From positions 25,257-89,256 of the forward strand of contig DASXVG010000087.1 in NCBI GenBank assembly GCA_036504355.1: DNA of 64,000 nucleotides. The letters run 5' to 3'. A model generated the notes under the pieces. That model saw nothing but the letters and a program-made list of their open reading frames with translations. It was not told the DNA's origin and searched no databases. Every line of letters begins with the position of its first letter. Position 1 is the stretch's first letter. Position numbers and translations under genes: made by a program. Source of the DNA: Candidatus Limnocylindrales bacterium (GTDB lineage: Bacteria > Chloroflexota > Limnocylindria > Limnocylindrales > CSP1-4). Of this stretch, positions 10,439 to 20,146 are shown one piece after another.

Positions 10439-11629
10439 TCAGGTCCGGGGGCGCGGCACGCCGTCGAGGCCGAGCACGTCGCGATAGAGGTCCACGGTCT
10501 GCCGGGCCGCCCGTGGCCAGGTGAATGCCCGCAGGCGCTCGGTGCCCGCGGCGCGCAGCCGGTCTCGCAGCGCGGCGTCGTCCCACGCCTGGGCCAGCTG
10601 GGACGCGAGCGCGGTGGCGTCCTCGGGATCGAACAGCAGAGCCGCGTCCCCCGCCACCTCGGCAACGGCGGACCGGTCGGACGCGATGACCGGCGTCCCG
10701 ACGGCGAACGCCTCGAGCAGCGGGAGGCCGAAGCCTTCGACGAGCGACGGGAACACGAACACCGTGGCGAGGCGATACACCGCGGGCATGTCCTCCTCTG
10801 CCACCTGCGGGATCCGGAGGATCCGCGCCCGGAGTGGGTCGTCCGCAGGGACGGATGCGAGCGGGTCCGGATGGCGTGGGTCCGGGGCGCTGACAAGCAC
10901 CAGTCGCGTCGCCGCGTCCGGGATCATCGCGAGGGCCTGGAGCAGCGCCCCATGGTTCTTGTGCGGGCGGGCCGCGCCCACTGCCAGCACGAACCGGTCG
11001 GGGAGCCCGTATCGCGCCCGCGCGCGCGTCATGGACGCCTCGTCCACGGGGACCGTGAAGGCCGGATCCACCGCGTTGTGGATCACGCGCGTCCGGTCCC
11101 GCGTCGCCGGGTACCAGCGCGCGAGCTCACGGGCGGTTGCCTCGGAGATGGCGATGACGGCCCTCGCCCGGCGCAGGCTCGCGCCCGCGAGCACGCGATA
11201 GCCGGCGCGGGCGACCCGGCCCGGTCCGGAGGCCGGGTACTCCTCCAGGATGAGGTCGTGGGCCGTCACCACGACCGGCGTGCTGCCGACGATCGGCCCG
11301 ATCACGAATGGCGAGTGGAACAGGTCGATGCGGTCACGCCGCAGGACCACCGGCCACGAGGCCTGCTCCTGGGGCGACAGGAGCGGCGCCCGGGTGCGGC
11401 GGATGGTGACCCGTCCGTTCGCGTTGGCGAGCGCCTCCAGGTCGAAGCGCGTGTCCCCGCCGTCGGGCGAGGCATACACCACGAGGTCCACTTCGTCGAG
11501 CTCGACAAGGGCTGCAAGGAGGTTGGCAGCCACACGGCCGATCCCGTGGTAGCGGTCCGTGACGTAGCGGGCGTCGAAGCCGATCCGCGGCCGCGAGACC
11601 CCGGGCAGGCCCGCTGGGCCGGCCGTCAC
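10439..11629 (-). CDS. GT4 glycosyltransferase
   Basis: The sequence reads RIGFDARYV...FVFPSLVEGFGLPLLEAFAVGTPVIASD. The likely GTG start overlaps the TGA stop of the upstream GT-C gene in a GTGA junction. Confidence 0.7.
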   Translation of the reverse strand: MTAGPAGLPGVSRPRIGFDARYVTDRYHGIGRVAANLLAALVELDEVDLVVYASPDGGDTRFDLEALANANGRVTIRRTRAPLLSPQEQASWPVVLRRDRIDLFHSPFVIGPIVGSTPVVVTAHDLILEEYPASGPGRVARAGYRVLAGASLRRARAVIAISEATARELARWYPATRDRTRVIHNAVDPAFTVPVDEASMTRARARYGLPDRFVLAVGAARPHKNHGALLQALAMIPDAATRLVLVSAPDPRHPDPLASVPADDPLRARILRIPQVAEEDMPAVYRLATVFVFPSLVEGFGLPLLEAFAVGTPVIASDRSAVAEVAGDAALLFDPEDATALASQLAQAWDDAALRDRLRAAGTERLRAFTWPRAARQTVDLYRDVLGLDGVPRPRT

Positions 11630-13245
11630 GGGGCGGCCGCCCGCGGTCCCGTCCAGCGATAGAGCCCGAGGGTGCGGAACGTGGGTCCGTCCACCTCTGC
11701 CACGGGCTCGGTGTTGTCCATGATCCAGGCGTAGAACGCGGGCGACATGTGGTTGTAGCCGAATGCCGCGTCCTTCGAGCTGAGCAGGAACCACTCGATG
11801 CCTTGGCGCTTGATGCTCGCCTGATCGCGCAGGAAGACGATCGCGTACCGCGGCCGCAGGAGGAAGTTCGGCACGTCGGAGCTGACGAGGATCGACGCGC
11901 CTGCGGGCACGGTCGCCACGACATCCGGGACGAGCCGCGCGTAGCCATCATCACGGCCGGCCACGTAGCGTGTCACCCAGATGCCCAGATTGGCCACGAG
12001 CACGAGGGCGACCAGCACGCTCGCGACCCGGAGTGCCCACGGACCGATTGCCCGCCGGCCCGATGGCCTCGCCCCCCAGGTGCCGCCCACGATGGCCCCG
12101 ACGACCACGATCGCCGGAATGATCACGTAGTAGTAGAACTGGTCCCCGAACCCGCCGATGATCCCGGCGCCGATGCAGAGGTAGCTCGTCGCGCTCCAGG
12201 CAGCAAGGTAGCGGGCCTGCGGGTGATGCCGATAGCGCACCACGAGCAGGGCCGTCCCCAGCGCCCCTGCCGCGAGCAGCAGGTAGCTCGGGCCATAGTC
12301 GGCGAGGGCCGCGGTGACCCGGGTGACCGCGTCGGCCGACGGTGACGGGGCGACGCGCGCCTCGGTCGGCACGATCGCCTCGCCGATGCGGAGCACGCGT
12401 GCGAGCGCGCCGAACCGGAACGCCAGGAACCGGTCCCCGTTGCCGATCGCGAACGCCCACAGCGGGAAGCAGGCGTAGATGGCGGCTGAGATCGCCGCGA
12501 CGGCCGCGGCAGCCTTCCGCGCCCGATGCTCGAACACGACCGCCCACACGGCGATCGAGATGAGCCCGATCGCCGCCACCTCCTTCGTGAGCAGCGCCAG
12601 CCCGAAGGCCGCCCCAGCCACGACGATTCGTCGGCGCGAGTGCACTCCGTCCGGCACCTGGAACGCGGCGATGCCCACCAGCACGAGGAGCATGGCGAGC
12701 GTCTCGAGCATGGCGCGGCGATTCACGCGCTCCACGAACGGATCCAGGATGAACAGGAGCGCCATGAGCAGGCCCGCCCGCAGGCCGGCCATGCGCCACC
12801 CGAACAGCACCAGCGCCCCGGCCGTCAGTGCTGAGAGCACCACGTTGACCTCGCGCGAGGCGAGCAGCCCCGGAACGACGCCGAGCCCGGCTGTGCCCGT
12901 CAGCGTGACGTACCCCGAGACCAGGATCGGGTACAGCGGCGGGTGCCAGAAGAACACGTGTCCGGTGTCGTCGAGCAGCCCCGCGCCCGTTGCGAGGTTG
13001 TGGGCAACGAGGTAGTAGAGACCCTCGTCGCCGAAGATGTCCGGCGCGCTGGCAAGCCGTATCCCGTGGATCAGCAGGGTCGCCAGCACCGCGCCCACCG
13101 CGGCAAGCGCGGCGACGGTCAGTTCGCTGCTGTCGATGCGGACCCGGCTGCGCGGCGCGGGCTGCGTTCGAGAGGCGTTCTCGGCGATCGTGAGCTCCGG
13201 ATGCGGCTCGTGGGCGTCGTCGGCGACGGCAGGCGACCGCCGCAA
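11626..13245 (-). CDS. Polytopic membrane glycosyltransferase, GT-C fold (ArnT/PMT-like, GT39/83-like)
   Basis: The 539-aa protein has 11 or more TM helices. Its topology and length are those of undecaprenyl/dolichyl-phosphate-sugar-dependent transferases. Confidence 0.6.
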   Translation of the reverse strand: MRRSPAVADDAHEPHPELTIAENASRTQPAPRSRVRIDSSELTVAALAAVGAVLATLLIHGIRLASAPDIFGDEGLYYLVAHNLATGAGLLDDTGHVFFWHPPLYPILVSGYVTLTGTAGLGVVPGLLASREVNVVLSALTAGALVLFGWRMAGLRAGLLMALLFILDPFVERVNRRAMLETLAMLLVLVGIAAFQVPDGVHSRRRIVVAGAAFGLALLTKEVAAIGLISIAVWAVVFEHRARKAAAAVAAISAAIYACFPLWAFAIGNGDRFLAFRFGALARVLRIGEAIVPTEARVAPSPSADAVTRVTAALADYGPSYLLLAAGALGTALLVVRYRHHPQARYLAAWSATSYLCIGAGIIGGFGDQFYYYVIIPAIVVVGAIVGGTWGARPSGRRAIGPWALRVASVLVALVLVANLGIWVTRYVAGRDDGYARLVPDVVATVPAGASILVSSDVPNFLLRPRYAIVFLRDQASIKRQGIEWFLLSSKDAAFGYNHMSPAFYAWIMDNTEPVAEVDGPTFRTLGLYRWTGPRAAAP

Positions 13246-13916
13246 CGGCGCAACCCTAGCCTGCGCGGGGGCTCAGGCAGTTCATCGCCGCCCCCGAACC
13301 TGTTACGCCGCCATCGCACCTTGGGCACCCGGACGCGAGCGGGTGCGATGGCGGCAGCGGTAGCGTGAGCCCCGATGCCCCCTTCGCCTGCACGCCCGCT
13401 ATGGACCCTCATGCTGCCCGCCGACCCCCTGCGACCGGGGAGGCTGGAGGCCGGGCGCAGCCCGGCGCCCGGTGGCGTGGGTGGCGCGGGTGCTGATGCC
13501 CAGGGAACGATAGTGATCGTTCGTTCGGCGGGGGGTGGCCCTGTACGGCGGATCGTTGCGCTGGTGCGTGCGTTCCGCGCCGTGACAGCCGGCGGGCATC
13601 GGCTGCCGCCCGGCTCGGCCGCATATGTCGAGGTCGATGTGCCCGCGATCCTCCTGCTCCCGTGCGTGGCACGGTGGGCGCTCTCGCGCGCCGGCGCACC
13701 GGATGCCCAGCTGATCTGGCCCCGAGGGGGCTTCGCGGCGCCGGACCTGCTGCTGCCCATCGACGATCGGCGGGCGACGCATCACTACCTGCACCGCGAG
13801 CTCTACGCAGTCGGCGGAGCGCGCCGCGCCGCGCGAGCCGTGCTGCTCGTCCTGCGCCATCTCCGCCTCCTGACGCTCGTGCTGCCGCGGTACGCGCTCG
13901 TGGCGCGGGCCGCGGC

Positions 13917-14903
13917 GTGACCGCGGCCATCGACGCGCTGCTGGCGGCGGCCACCGGGGCATGGCCCGCAGCCCTCGGCGCACCGCCGGAGTCGGATGGC
14001 GCGCGGTTGGCCGTCCACGCGGCGCCCGCCGGAGCGCGACAGCGGGTCGTGTGTTCCGTGTGGGCATCCCGCTCCGCGCGGCCGACGTTCGTGGCCAAGC
14101 TCGCGCGCGTCGGGGATGGCGGCATTCCTGCCGAGCACGACGCGCTCCGCCGCCTGCGGACGTGGGGCATCGAGCACACGCCGTTCCCGATCGGCCTCAC
14201 GACCGTCGACGGTGCGGTCGCCGGGATCGAGTCGGAGCTCGACGGCCGCGTGCTTCGAGCCTGGGTGCAGGAGCGCGCCCGATCGAGCAGCCGCTGGACG
14301 CCCCTCGGGACGATCTCCGAGTGGCTTGAACGGCTGCACCGGGCCTCTGCACGGCCGATGACGGACGAGGAGGCTGTCACGCTCATCGACGAGCCCCTCC
14401 GCGCAGCCGGGATCGGGGACCTCTCGGGCGAGGAGATCGTCGGCCTCCAGCGCCTCCGGCAGGCCGCGCGGTCGCTCCGGCAGGTGGCCCCGCTCCCTGT
14501 CGTGTTCGTCCATGGCGACCTCGGGACGACGAACGTCCTCGTTGACCAAGCCGGCCGGCTCTCGGGCGTCGTGGACTGGGAGACCGCGAGGTGGGGGCTG
14601 CCCCTCACCGATCTCCTGTACCTCGTGGACGCCGTGGTGGCGGACCTGCATCAGTCCGCCGCGACGGTGCACAGGTACGACCTGCAGGATGCCGTCGTCG
14701 GCGCGGCGATCGAGGGCTCCCGCGGCCGTAGCGGGATGGTGGCGGACTGGATCCCGATCGTTAGGGCGGCCATGCTCGCCGGACACGCCTCGCGGGAGGC
14801 CGCGTCGGCCGCTGCACGCGGCGTGGTCCGGTTGCCGTTCCGGTCACGGCTGCGAGCGGCGCTGCTCGACGCCCCGGGATCCGGGACTGCGTACGCCTCA
14901 TGA
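13917..14903 (+). CDS. Aminoglycoside-phosphotransferase-fold kinase (APH/choline-kinase family)
   Basis: The motifs VFVHGDLGTTNVLVD and VVDWETARWG are the catalytic-loop and DFG-equivalent sequences of the APH fold. The GTG at 13917 is preferred over the track's upstream ATG at 13662 because the upstream part of that frame is Arg/Ala/Pro junk. Its stop overlaps the next gene's start in an ATGA junction. Confidence 0.6.
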   Translation: MTAAIDALLAAATGAWPAALGAPPESDGARLAVHAAPAGARQRVVCSVWASRSARPTFVAKLARVGDGGIPAEHDALRRLRTWGIEHTPFPIGLTTVDGAVAGIESELDGRVLRAWVQERARSSSRWTPLGTISEWLERLHRASARPMTDEEAVTLIDEPLRAAGIGDLSGEEIVGLQRLRQAARSLRQVAPLPVVFVHGDLGTTNVLVDQAGRLSGVVDWETARWGLPLTDLLYLVDAVVADLHQSAATVHRYDLQDAVVGAAIEGSRGRSGMVADWIPIVRAAMLAGHASREAASAAARGVVRLPFRSRLRAALLDAPGSGTAYAS

Positions 14904-16126
14904 GGATCCTGGTGATCGCACCTGCGCAGCCGAGCCCCGACGCCCGCTCCGGCTTCCCGCGCGTGCTCGACGATCGAATTCGGCGGCTTCGTACGTTCGC
15001 GCTCGTGGACGTCGTCGCCCCGGCCGGGCGCGTCGAGCGGGGAGCTGGAGACCGCGCGGCGAGGAGGTCGGGAATGCGGCTCCTCGCGGACCGGGTGCGT
15101 CGAGTCTGGGCCCTCGTGCTCCGAGGCCGACCGCTCCTCATCCATGAGCTCGACTGGCCGCAGCGAGCGGACGACATCCGGCGCGCCGCCCGAAGCCACC
15201 CGGACCTCGTCCTGGTCGAGCACGTCCTGGTGGCCGGGTCGATCGACCTCGTCCGGTCAGTGCTCCCGGGCGTCCCGATCGTGCTCTCCGAGCACGATGT
15301 CGACCTCCACCGTACGGGGTCACCACTTCCCGGCTGGAGCTCGAGGCTCTCGGCCCCGCTCGCCCGCCTTGACCGCCGGGCGTGGCTGCGCCACGAACGG
15401 CGCGCCGTTCGATCGGCGGACGTCGCCTTCGTGCCCACCGCGGCCGATCGCGACGCATTGCTCGGGCTGGCGCCGGATGCGTCGGTGCAGGTCGTGCCGT
15501 TCGGCGTTGGCGTCTCCGGATGTGCGCCCTCGGCCGACCGCGACCCGGCGACGCTCCTCTACATCGGGGCCTTCGATCACGTGCCCAACGTCGACGCCGC
15601 CACTCGCCTGGCGCAGCGCGTCTTCCCGCGCGTCCGCGCGGCGATCCCGGACGCTCGGCTCCTCATCGTCGGGCGGGATCCGGGAATGCAGGTCGCGCAC
15701 CTCGCGGGGTCGGGGGTGACCGTGACCGGCGAGGTCGCCAGCGTGACGGACGCCCTGTGCTCGTCGACGCTGTTCGTGGCACCGATCAGCCGTGGTGCGG
15801 GAACCCGGGTCAAGATCCTCGAGGCGCTGGCGCACGGCATCCCCGTGGTGACAACGACAACCGGCGCGGCGGGGACGGGAGCGGTGCCCGGGCGGGACCT
15901 GCTCGTCGTTGACGAAGCCGACATGGCAGCGGAGGTGATCGACCTGTTGCGCGACCCCGAGCGGGCGGCCTCGCTCGGCGCATCGGGCCGCCAGCTCGCA
16001 ACAGACGCGGCGGCGGATGGCACGCGAACGAGCGTGCTGCGGAGCGCGATCGCGTCCGCGCTCGCACCACGGCCGGCGCGCACTGACGGCGCCCCGAAGG
16101 CCCGATCAGCCGGGGAGCGGCCATGA
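14900..16126 (+). CDS. GT4 glycosyltransferase
   Basis: A GT-B fold with FVAPISRGAGTRVKILEALAHGIPVVTT. It is coupled to the kinase upstream by an ATGA overlap. Confidence 0.8.
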   Translation: MRILVIAPAQPSPDARSGFPRVLDDRIRRLRTFALVDVVAPAGRVERGAGDRAARRSGMRLLADRVRRVWALVLRGRPLLIHELDWPQRADDIRRAARSHPDLVLVEHVLVAGSIDLVRSVLPGVPIVLSEHDVDLHRTGSPLPGWSSRLSAPLARLDRRAWLRHERRAVRSADVAFVPTAADRDALLGLAPDASVQVVPFGVGVSGCAPSADRDPATLLYIGAFDHVPNVDAATRLAQRVFPRVRAAIPDARLLIVGRDPGMQVAHLAGSGVTVTGEVASVTDALCSSTLFVAPISRGAGTRVKILEALAHGIPVVTTTTGAAGTGAVPGRDLLVVDEADMAAEVIDLLRDPERAASLGASGRQLATDAAADGTRTSVLRSAIASALAPRPARTDGAPKARSAGERP

Positions 16127-17661
16127 CCTCGGAGCCGCGCCGGATCGCGGCGCACGCCGCCGCGAACTACGGCGGCCAGCTGCTGCCGATCCTGATCGGG
16201 CTCGTGCTGACGCCGTTCATGCTGCGGTCGCTCGGCCCGGAGCTGTACGGCATCTGGGCGTTCGTGGTGGCGGTCCAGGGGCTGGGCGGCGTCCTCGACT
16301 TCGGGCTGACCAGCAGCGTCGTGAAGTTCGTCGCCGGGCATGGCCGCGACGGCGGAGACGATGAGCTGTCATCGATCGTCGCCTCGTCGTTCGCGATCCA
16401 CCTCGCGATCGGCACCGTCCTCCTCGTGGGCTTCGTCCTCGCGCTCCTCGTGCTTCCGCCCGGATCCGTGGACGAGCAGCACGATCCCGTCGTCCGCCTT
16501 GCGCTGGCGGTCGCGGCCGTGAGCGTGGCCTTCGGGCTGCCGCTGGGCACGCTCGGCAGCGTGCTTCTCGGATATCGCGGCTACGGGGCCGCGAATGTCG
16601 TCAACATCGTCGTGTCGCTGGCGTCTGCGGCCGCGACGGTGCTCGCGCTCCTCGTCGGCGCGGGGCCGGTGGTCCTCGTGGCGATCGGGGGCGGCAGCGC
16701 GCTCGTCGCCCATGCGGCGAAGGCCGCGTGGGCAGCGCGCCTCAGGCCTGGGCTCGTGCTGCGACCACGCCACGTGACCCCGTCGATGATCCGCCGGATC
16801 GGCGGGTTCAGCATCTGGCTGTTCGTCGTGGACACGGGCCGCAAGATCTTCTACAACCTGGATGCGGTGCTCATCGCCGCCCTGCTGCCGATCACATCGG
16901 TCGGCCTCTACAACGTCGCGTTCAAGGCAGCGAGCGGGATCGCGTATCTCGCGGGTCCCTTCGTCCAGGTCCTGTTCCCCGCGGCGGCCTCGTATGCGGC
17001 GCGCGACGAGCGAGCCCGCCTCCGCGACCTCGTCGTCGGCGGCACTCGCCTGTCGCTGGTCCTGACGCTCCCGGCCGTGGTGTGGCTCGTGGTGCTGGGC
17101 CCCCGCATCCTGGCCGCGTGGGTCGGCCCCGGCTACGACGACGCCGTGCCGGCCCTGCGCGTGCTCAGCCTGGTGTTCCTGCTTGGAGCGCTCCAGGCCC
17201 CGTCCGCCGTGCTGTTGCGAGGGATCGGCGAGGTCCGGGCAATTGCGGCGGTCGTCGCGGCCGAGTACGTGGTCAACATCATCCTCACCGTCACGCTGCT
17301 TCCGGTCGTGGGGATCGTCGGGGCGGCCATCGGAACGCTCGTGCCGCAGAGCATCAGCGGCCTGATCGTCGTGCCGTGGCTCGCGTGCCGTGCGGTCGGG
17401 GTCGGCTACCGGACCTTCCTCCGGCGCGCCGTCCTGCCCGCCGTCCTCGTCGCGGTGCCCACGCTCCTCGTCCTCGTCGCGTTCGACACGCTCGCGGTCG
17501 CCGATGCCTGGCCGGGCGTCATCGCGGCAGGGCTGCTCTCGGTCGCCGTGTTCGGCGGCCTCTATCTCCTCACCACCGCGAGCCACGCGGAGCGCGCGAT
17601 CGCGCGTGACACGGCATCGAGCGCCGCGCGTCGGCTCGTCGCCCGCACGCGTCCGTCATGA
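16123..17661 (+). CDS. Polysaccharide biosynthesis protein / Wzx-type flippase (MOP superfamily)
   Basis: The 512-aa protein has about 12-14 TM helices and a typical N-terminus (AANYGGQLLPILIGLVLTPFMLRSLGPELYG). It shares ATGA overlaps with both neighbours. Confidence 0.8.
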   Translation: MTSEPRRIAAHAAANYGGQLLPILIGLVLTPFMLRSLGPELYGIWAFVVAVQGLGGVLDFGLTSSVVKFVAGHGRDGGDDELSSIVASSFAIHLAIGTVLLVGFVLALLVLPPGSVDEQHDPVVRLALAVAAVSVAFGLPLGTLGSVLLGYRGYGAANVVNIVVSLASAAATVLALLVGAGPVVLVAIGGGSALVAHAAKAAWAARLRPGLVLRPRHVTPSMIRRIGGFSIWLFVVDTGRKIFYNLDAVLIAALLPITSVGLYNVAFKAASGIAYLAGPFVQVLFPAAASYAARDERARLRDLVVGGTRLSLVLTLPAVVWLVVLGPRILAAWVGPGYDDAVPALRVLSLVFLLGALQAPSAVLLRGIGEVRAIAAVVAAEYVVNIILTVTLLPVVGIVGAAIGTLVPQSISGLIVVPWLACRAVGVGYRTFLRRAVLPAVLVAVPTLLVLVAFDTLAVADAWPGVIAAGLLSVAVFGGLYLLTTASHAERAIARDTASSAARRLVARTRPS

Positions 17662-18653
17662 GCGCGAATGGTGGCAAGACGTCCGCGTCCGCGTCGAGCG
17701 GGCCGATCGGCGAACGGGTCGCCGTCGTCGTCGCGACGATCGGCCGGCCGACGGTGCTGGATCGCTGCCTCGGGCGGATACGCGACGGCAGCCTTCAACC
17801 CGACGAGCTGATCGTCGTGGACCAGAGTCCATCGCCGGAGACAGCGCGCGCCGTGGCCGCCGTGTGTGCGGCACACGACGCGCGAGTCGTCCATCTGGAC
17901 GAGGCGAACGCCTCCGCCGCGCGCAACACGGGCGCGGTCGTCTCACGCTGCGCGCTGGTCGCCTTCACGGACGACGACTGCCTCGCACGCCCGGGCTGGC
18001 TGGCGGCGCTCCGGGACGCCTACCGCCGTCACGCCGCCGTCGAGCCCGTGGCTGCGGTTGCCGGCAGCATCCTCACGGCCAGCTGGGAAGGCGGGTCGGT
18101 CCCGGTGTCGTCGCGCAGCGACCCCGTGGGCCGCGTGTTCCGACTGCCCGTCGCCGGCACGGCCGCGAGCTGGGCTCCCTGGGACGCCGGCAGTGGCGGA
18201 AACCTCCTCGTTCCCGTCACGACCCTGCTCGCGGCGGGTGGCTTCGATCCTCGTCTGGGGCCGGGCTCGGCGGCCCGTGCCGCCGAGGACATCGACCTGC
18301 TTCGCCGCGTCGCATGCCACGGCGCGATCGTCTACGAGCCGGCGGCCATCGTGGAGCACCTCGCGCGAACCCGGCAGTCACGGGTGCGGTCGCGGCACGC
18401 GTACGGGATCGGCATGGGGGCCATGTGCGCCGCCGCTCGGCGGCCCGGCGCGACGGGCAGCGACCTCCTGGAGCGCTACCTGCGTCATGTCGGACGCGAG
18501 GCGTTCAGGAAGGGACCCTGGGGTCCGCTCGAGACCTGGCTGACACTCGTCGGGATTGCCACGGGCCTGTGGGTCCGCCTGGGGCAGCGGAACCGTGATC
18601 GGGATGCCCCCGCGCAACCCGTTGCGGGCGCTGACACGGGCAGCCAGGGCTAG
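17658..18653 (+). CDS. GT2 (GT-A) glycosyltransferase
   Basis: The sequence VAVVVATIGRP...LIVVDQSP...DDD is a GT2 signature. Confidence 0.8.
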   Translation: MSANGGKTSASASSGPIGERVAVVVATIGRPTVLDRCLGRIRDGSLQPDELIVVDQSPSPETARAVAAVCAAHDARVVHLDEANASAARNTGAVVSRCALVAFTDDDCLARPGWLAALRDAYRRHAAVEPVAAVAGSILTASWEGGSVPVSSRSDPVGRVFRLPVAGTAASWAPWDAGSGGNLLVPVTTLLAAGGFDPRLGPGSAARAAEDIDLLRRVACHGAIVYEPAAIVEHLARTRQSRVRSRHAYGIGMGAMCAAARRPGATGSDLLERYLRHVGREAFRKGPWGPLETWLTLVGIATGLWVRLGQRNRDRDAPAQPVAGADTGSQG

Positions 18654-20146
18654 CGCTGCCGGAGCGCGTCCATCGTGGACGTGATGCGCGGCATCGCGAT
18701 CCGGCCGGGCGCGCCGATGGCTCCGGTGATCGTCCGCGCGTCGTCGCTCGTCAGGAGGCCGGCTACCGTGATCGCGACGGTGTAGGCAGCCAGTCCCGTG
18801 ATCGTCGAGCAGACCGTCGCGAGCGTGCCGTTTGTGGGAAGCACGAGCAGGGTCACGCCCAGCACCCCGAGTGACGCGAGGTACGCGGCCGCGTCGCCGA
18901 CCGACGGCTTCATCATGAATGCCCGGCGCGCGGCGGGCAGCAGGCCTACCACCACGATCAACCCGGCCGTCCCGAGCGCCGCTGCGGTGCCGACCATCCC
19001 CCACGCGGGGACGGTGACCGAGGCGAGGCCGAGCTGGACGACGACCGCCGCCACGAGCACGGCGGCGACGAGCCGCGGCCTGCCGGCTGCCTGCAACAGT
19101 GTCCCGAGCCCCAGGCCGATCGTCAGGATGCCGGTTGCGATGGCCGCCCCGCGAAGGCCCTCGGCGCTTGCATCGTACTTCGCGGAGAAGAACACCCGGA
19201 TGACCGGGTCGGGGATCGTCGCGAGCACGATGGTCGCGGGGATGAGGGCGAGGAACGCATACCGCAGCGCGGTCCGCGCATAGCCCCCGCCGAGCTCCGT
19301 GCCGGCGTGGCGGGCGACGTACGGGAACACCGCCCCGAACAGTGCGAGACCCGCGAAGTAGGGCAGCCGGGCAAGCGTCACCGCGACCTGGTACTGGCCC
19401 GTCAGGAACTCCGACACGGTCGGAGGCGTGAACCCCTTGAGGGCAAGGACGTCCGCCTGCGACAGGAGGGCGAACGCCGACACCCCCACGAACAGCGGCG
19501 CTGCGCGCCGCACCAGGGCGACGAGCCCGGCACCGGCGCCGGGGGCGAGCCGCAGCGAACGCAGCCGGGCGGCCGCGAGCGCGGTCGATGCCACGGCGCC
19601 GAGCAGGAACCCCGCTACCGCACCGGCCGCACCGAGGCCGAGCGCGACGAGGGCCAGCCCCGCGAGCACCTTGACGACGACCTCGACGGTGCGCGCGACC
19701 GCCATCGTTCCGAGCCGGAGGGTGCCCTGCAGCACGCCGAGCAGCGCGGCATTGAGCGCGAGGACGGCGATGGTCACGCCGACGGCCACGAAGGGGACGG
19801 CATACGCGCCCGCCGGCTGCACGAGGCCGGTGGCGCCCGCGGCGGCGACCGCCGCGCCAAGGACAATGCCGAAGGCAACGTTTCCGACCAGTCCGGCCCG
19901 CAGCACCGATCCGCGGAGCCCGTCGGCATCGACCGCAGCCTCGCGCGTGAGCGCCAGCGGGATGCCCGCACTGACCACGGTCGCCCCGACGAGCAGGATC
20001 GCCTGCGCGACCCCGAGCACGCCAAAGTCCACGACCGGCAGGAGCCAGCTCATTGCGATGGCGAATACGTAGTTCAGCACGGCGATCGCGGCGAACGACG
20101 CGAGGACGGCGACGCTCCCGGAGGCGGCGCTCGTTCGGCCGGTCAC
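18650..20146 (-). CDS. Second Wzx-like / MOP-family polysaccharide exporter
   Basis: The 498-aa protein is highly hydrophobic with about 14 TM helices. It lies convergent with the upstream GT2 and shares an ATGA overlap with the next GT2. Confidence 0.7.
   Translation of the reverse strand: MTGRTSAASGSVAVLASFAAIAVLNYVFAIAMSWLLPVVDFGVLGVAQAILLVGATVVSAGIPLALTREAAVDADGLRGSVLRAGLVGNVAFGIVLGAAVAAAGATGLVQPAGAYAVPFVAVGVTIAVLALNAALLGVLQGTLRLGTMAVARTVEVVVKVLAGLALVALGLGAAGAVAGFLLGAVASTALAAARLRSLRLAPGAGAGLVALVRRAAPLFVGVSAFALLSQADVLALKGFTPPTVSEFLTGQYQVAVTLARLPYFAGLALFGAVFPYVARHAGTELGGGYARTALRYAFLALIPATIVLATIPDPVIRVFFSAKYDASAEGLRGAAIATGILTIGLGLGTLLQAAGRPRLVAAVLVAAVVVQLGLASVTVPAWGMVGTAAALGTAGLIVVVGLLPAARRAFMMKPSVGDAAAYLASLGVLGVTLLVLPTNGTLATVCSTITGLAAYTVAITVAGLLTSDDARTITGAIGAPGRIAMPRITSTMDALRQR

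Noticed and set aside
7153-11630. Apparent 1-nt disagreements between positions I counted in the printed sequence and the ORF-track frames (for example the leuC start read at 8592 against 8593, and the GT-C stop read at 11625 against 11626)
   Set aside because: These are most likely counting or tokenisation slips on my side. The ORF-track coordinates are internally consistent, so I used them. I do not interpret them as frameshifts or indels.
13662-13916. Upstream ATG start (13662) for the kinase, giving a 413-aa protein
   Set aside because: The extra 85 aa are Arg/Ala/Pro-rich nonsense, and another frame carries the coding signal there. The kinase N-lobe is complete from the GTG at 13917.
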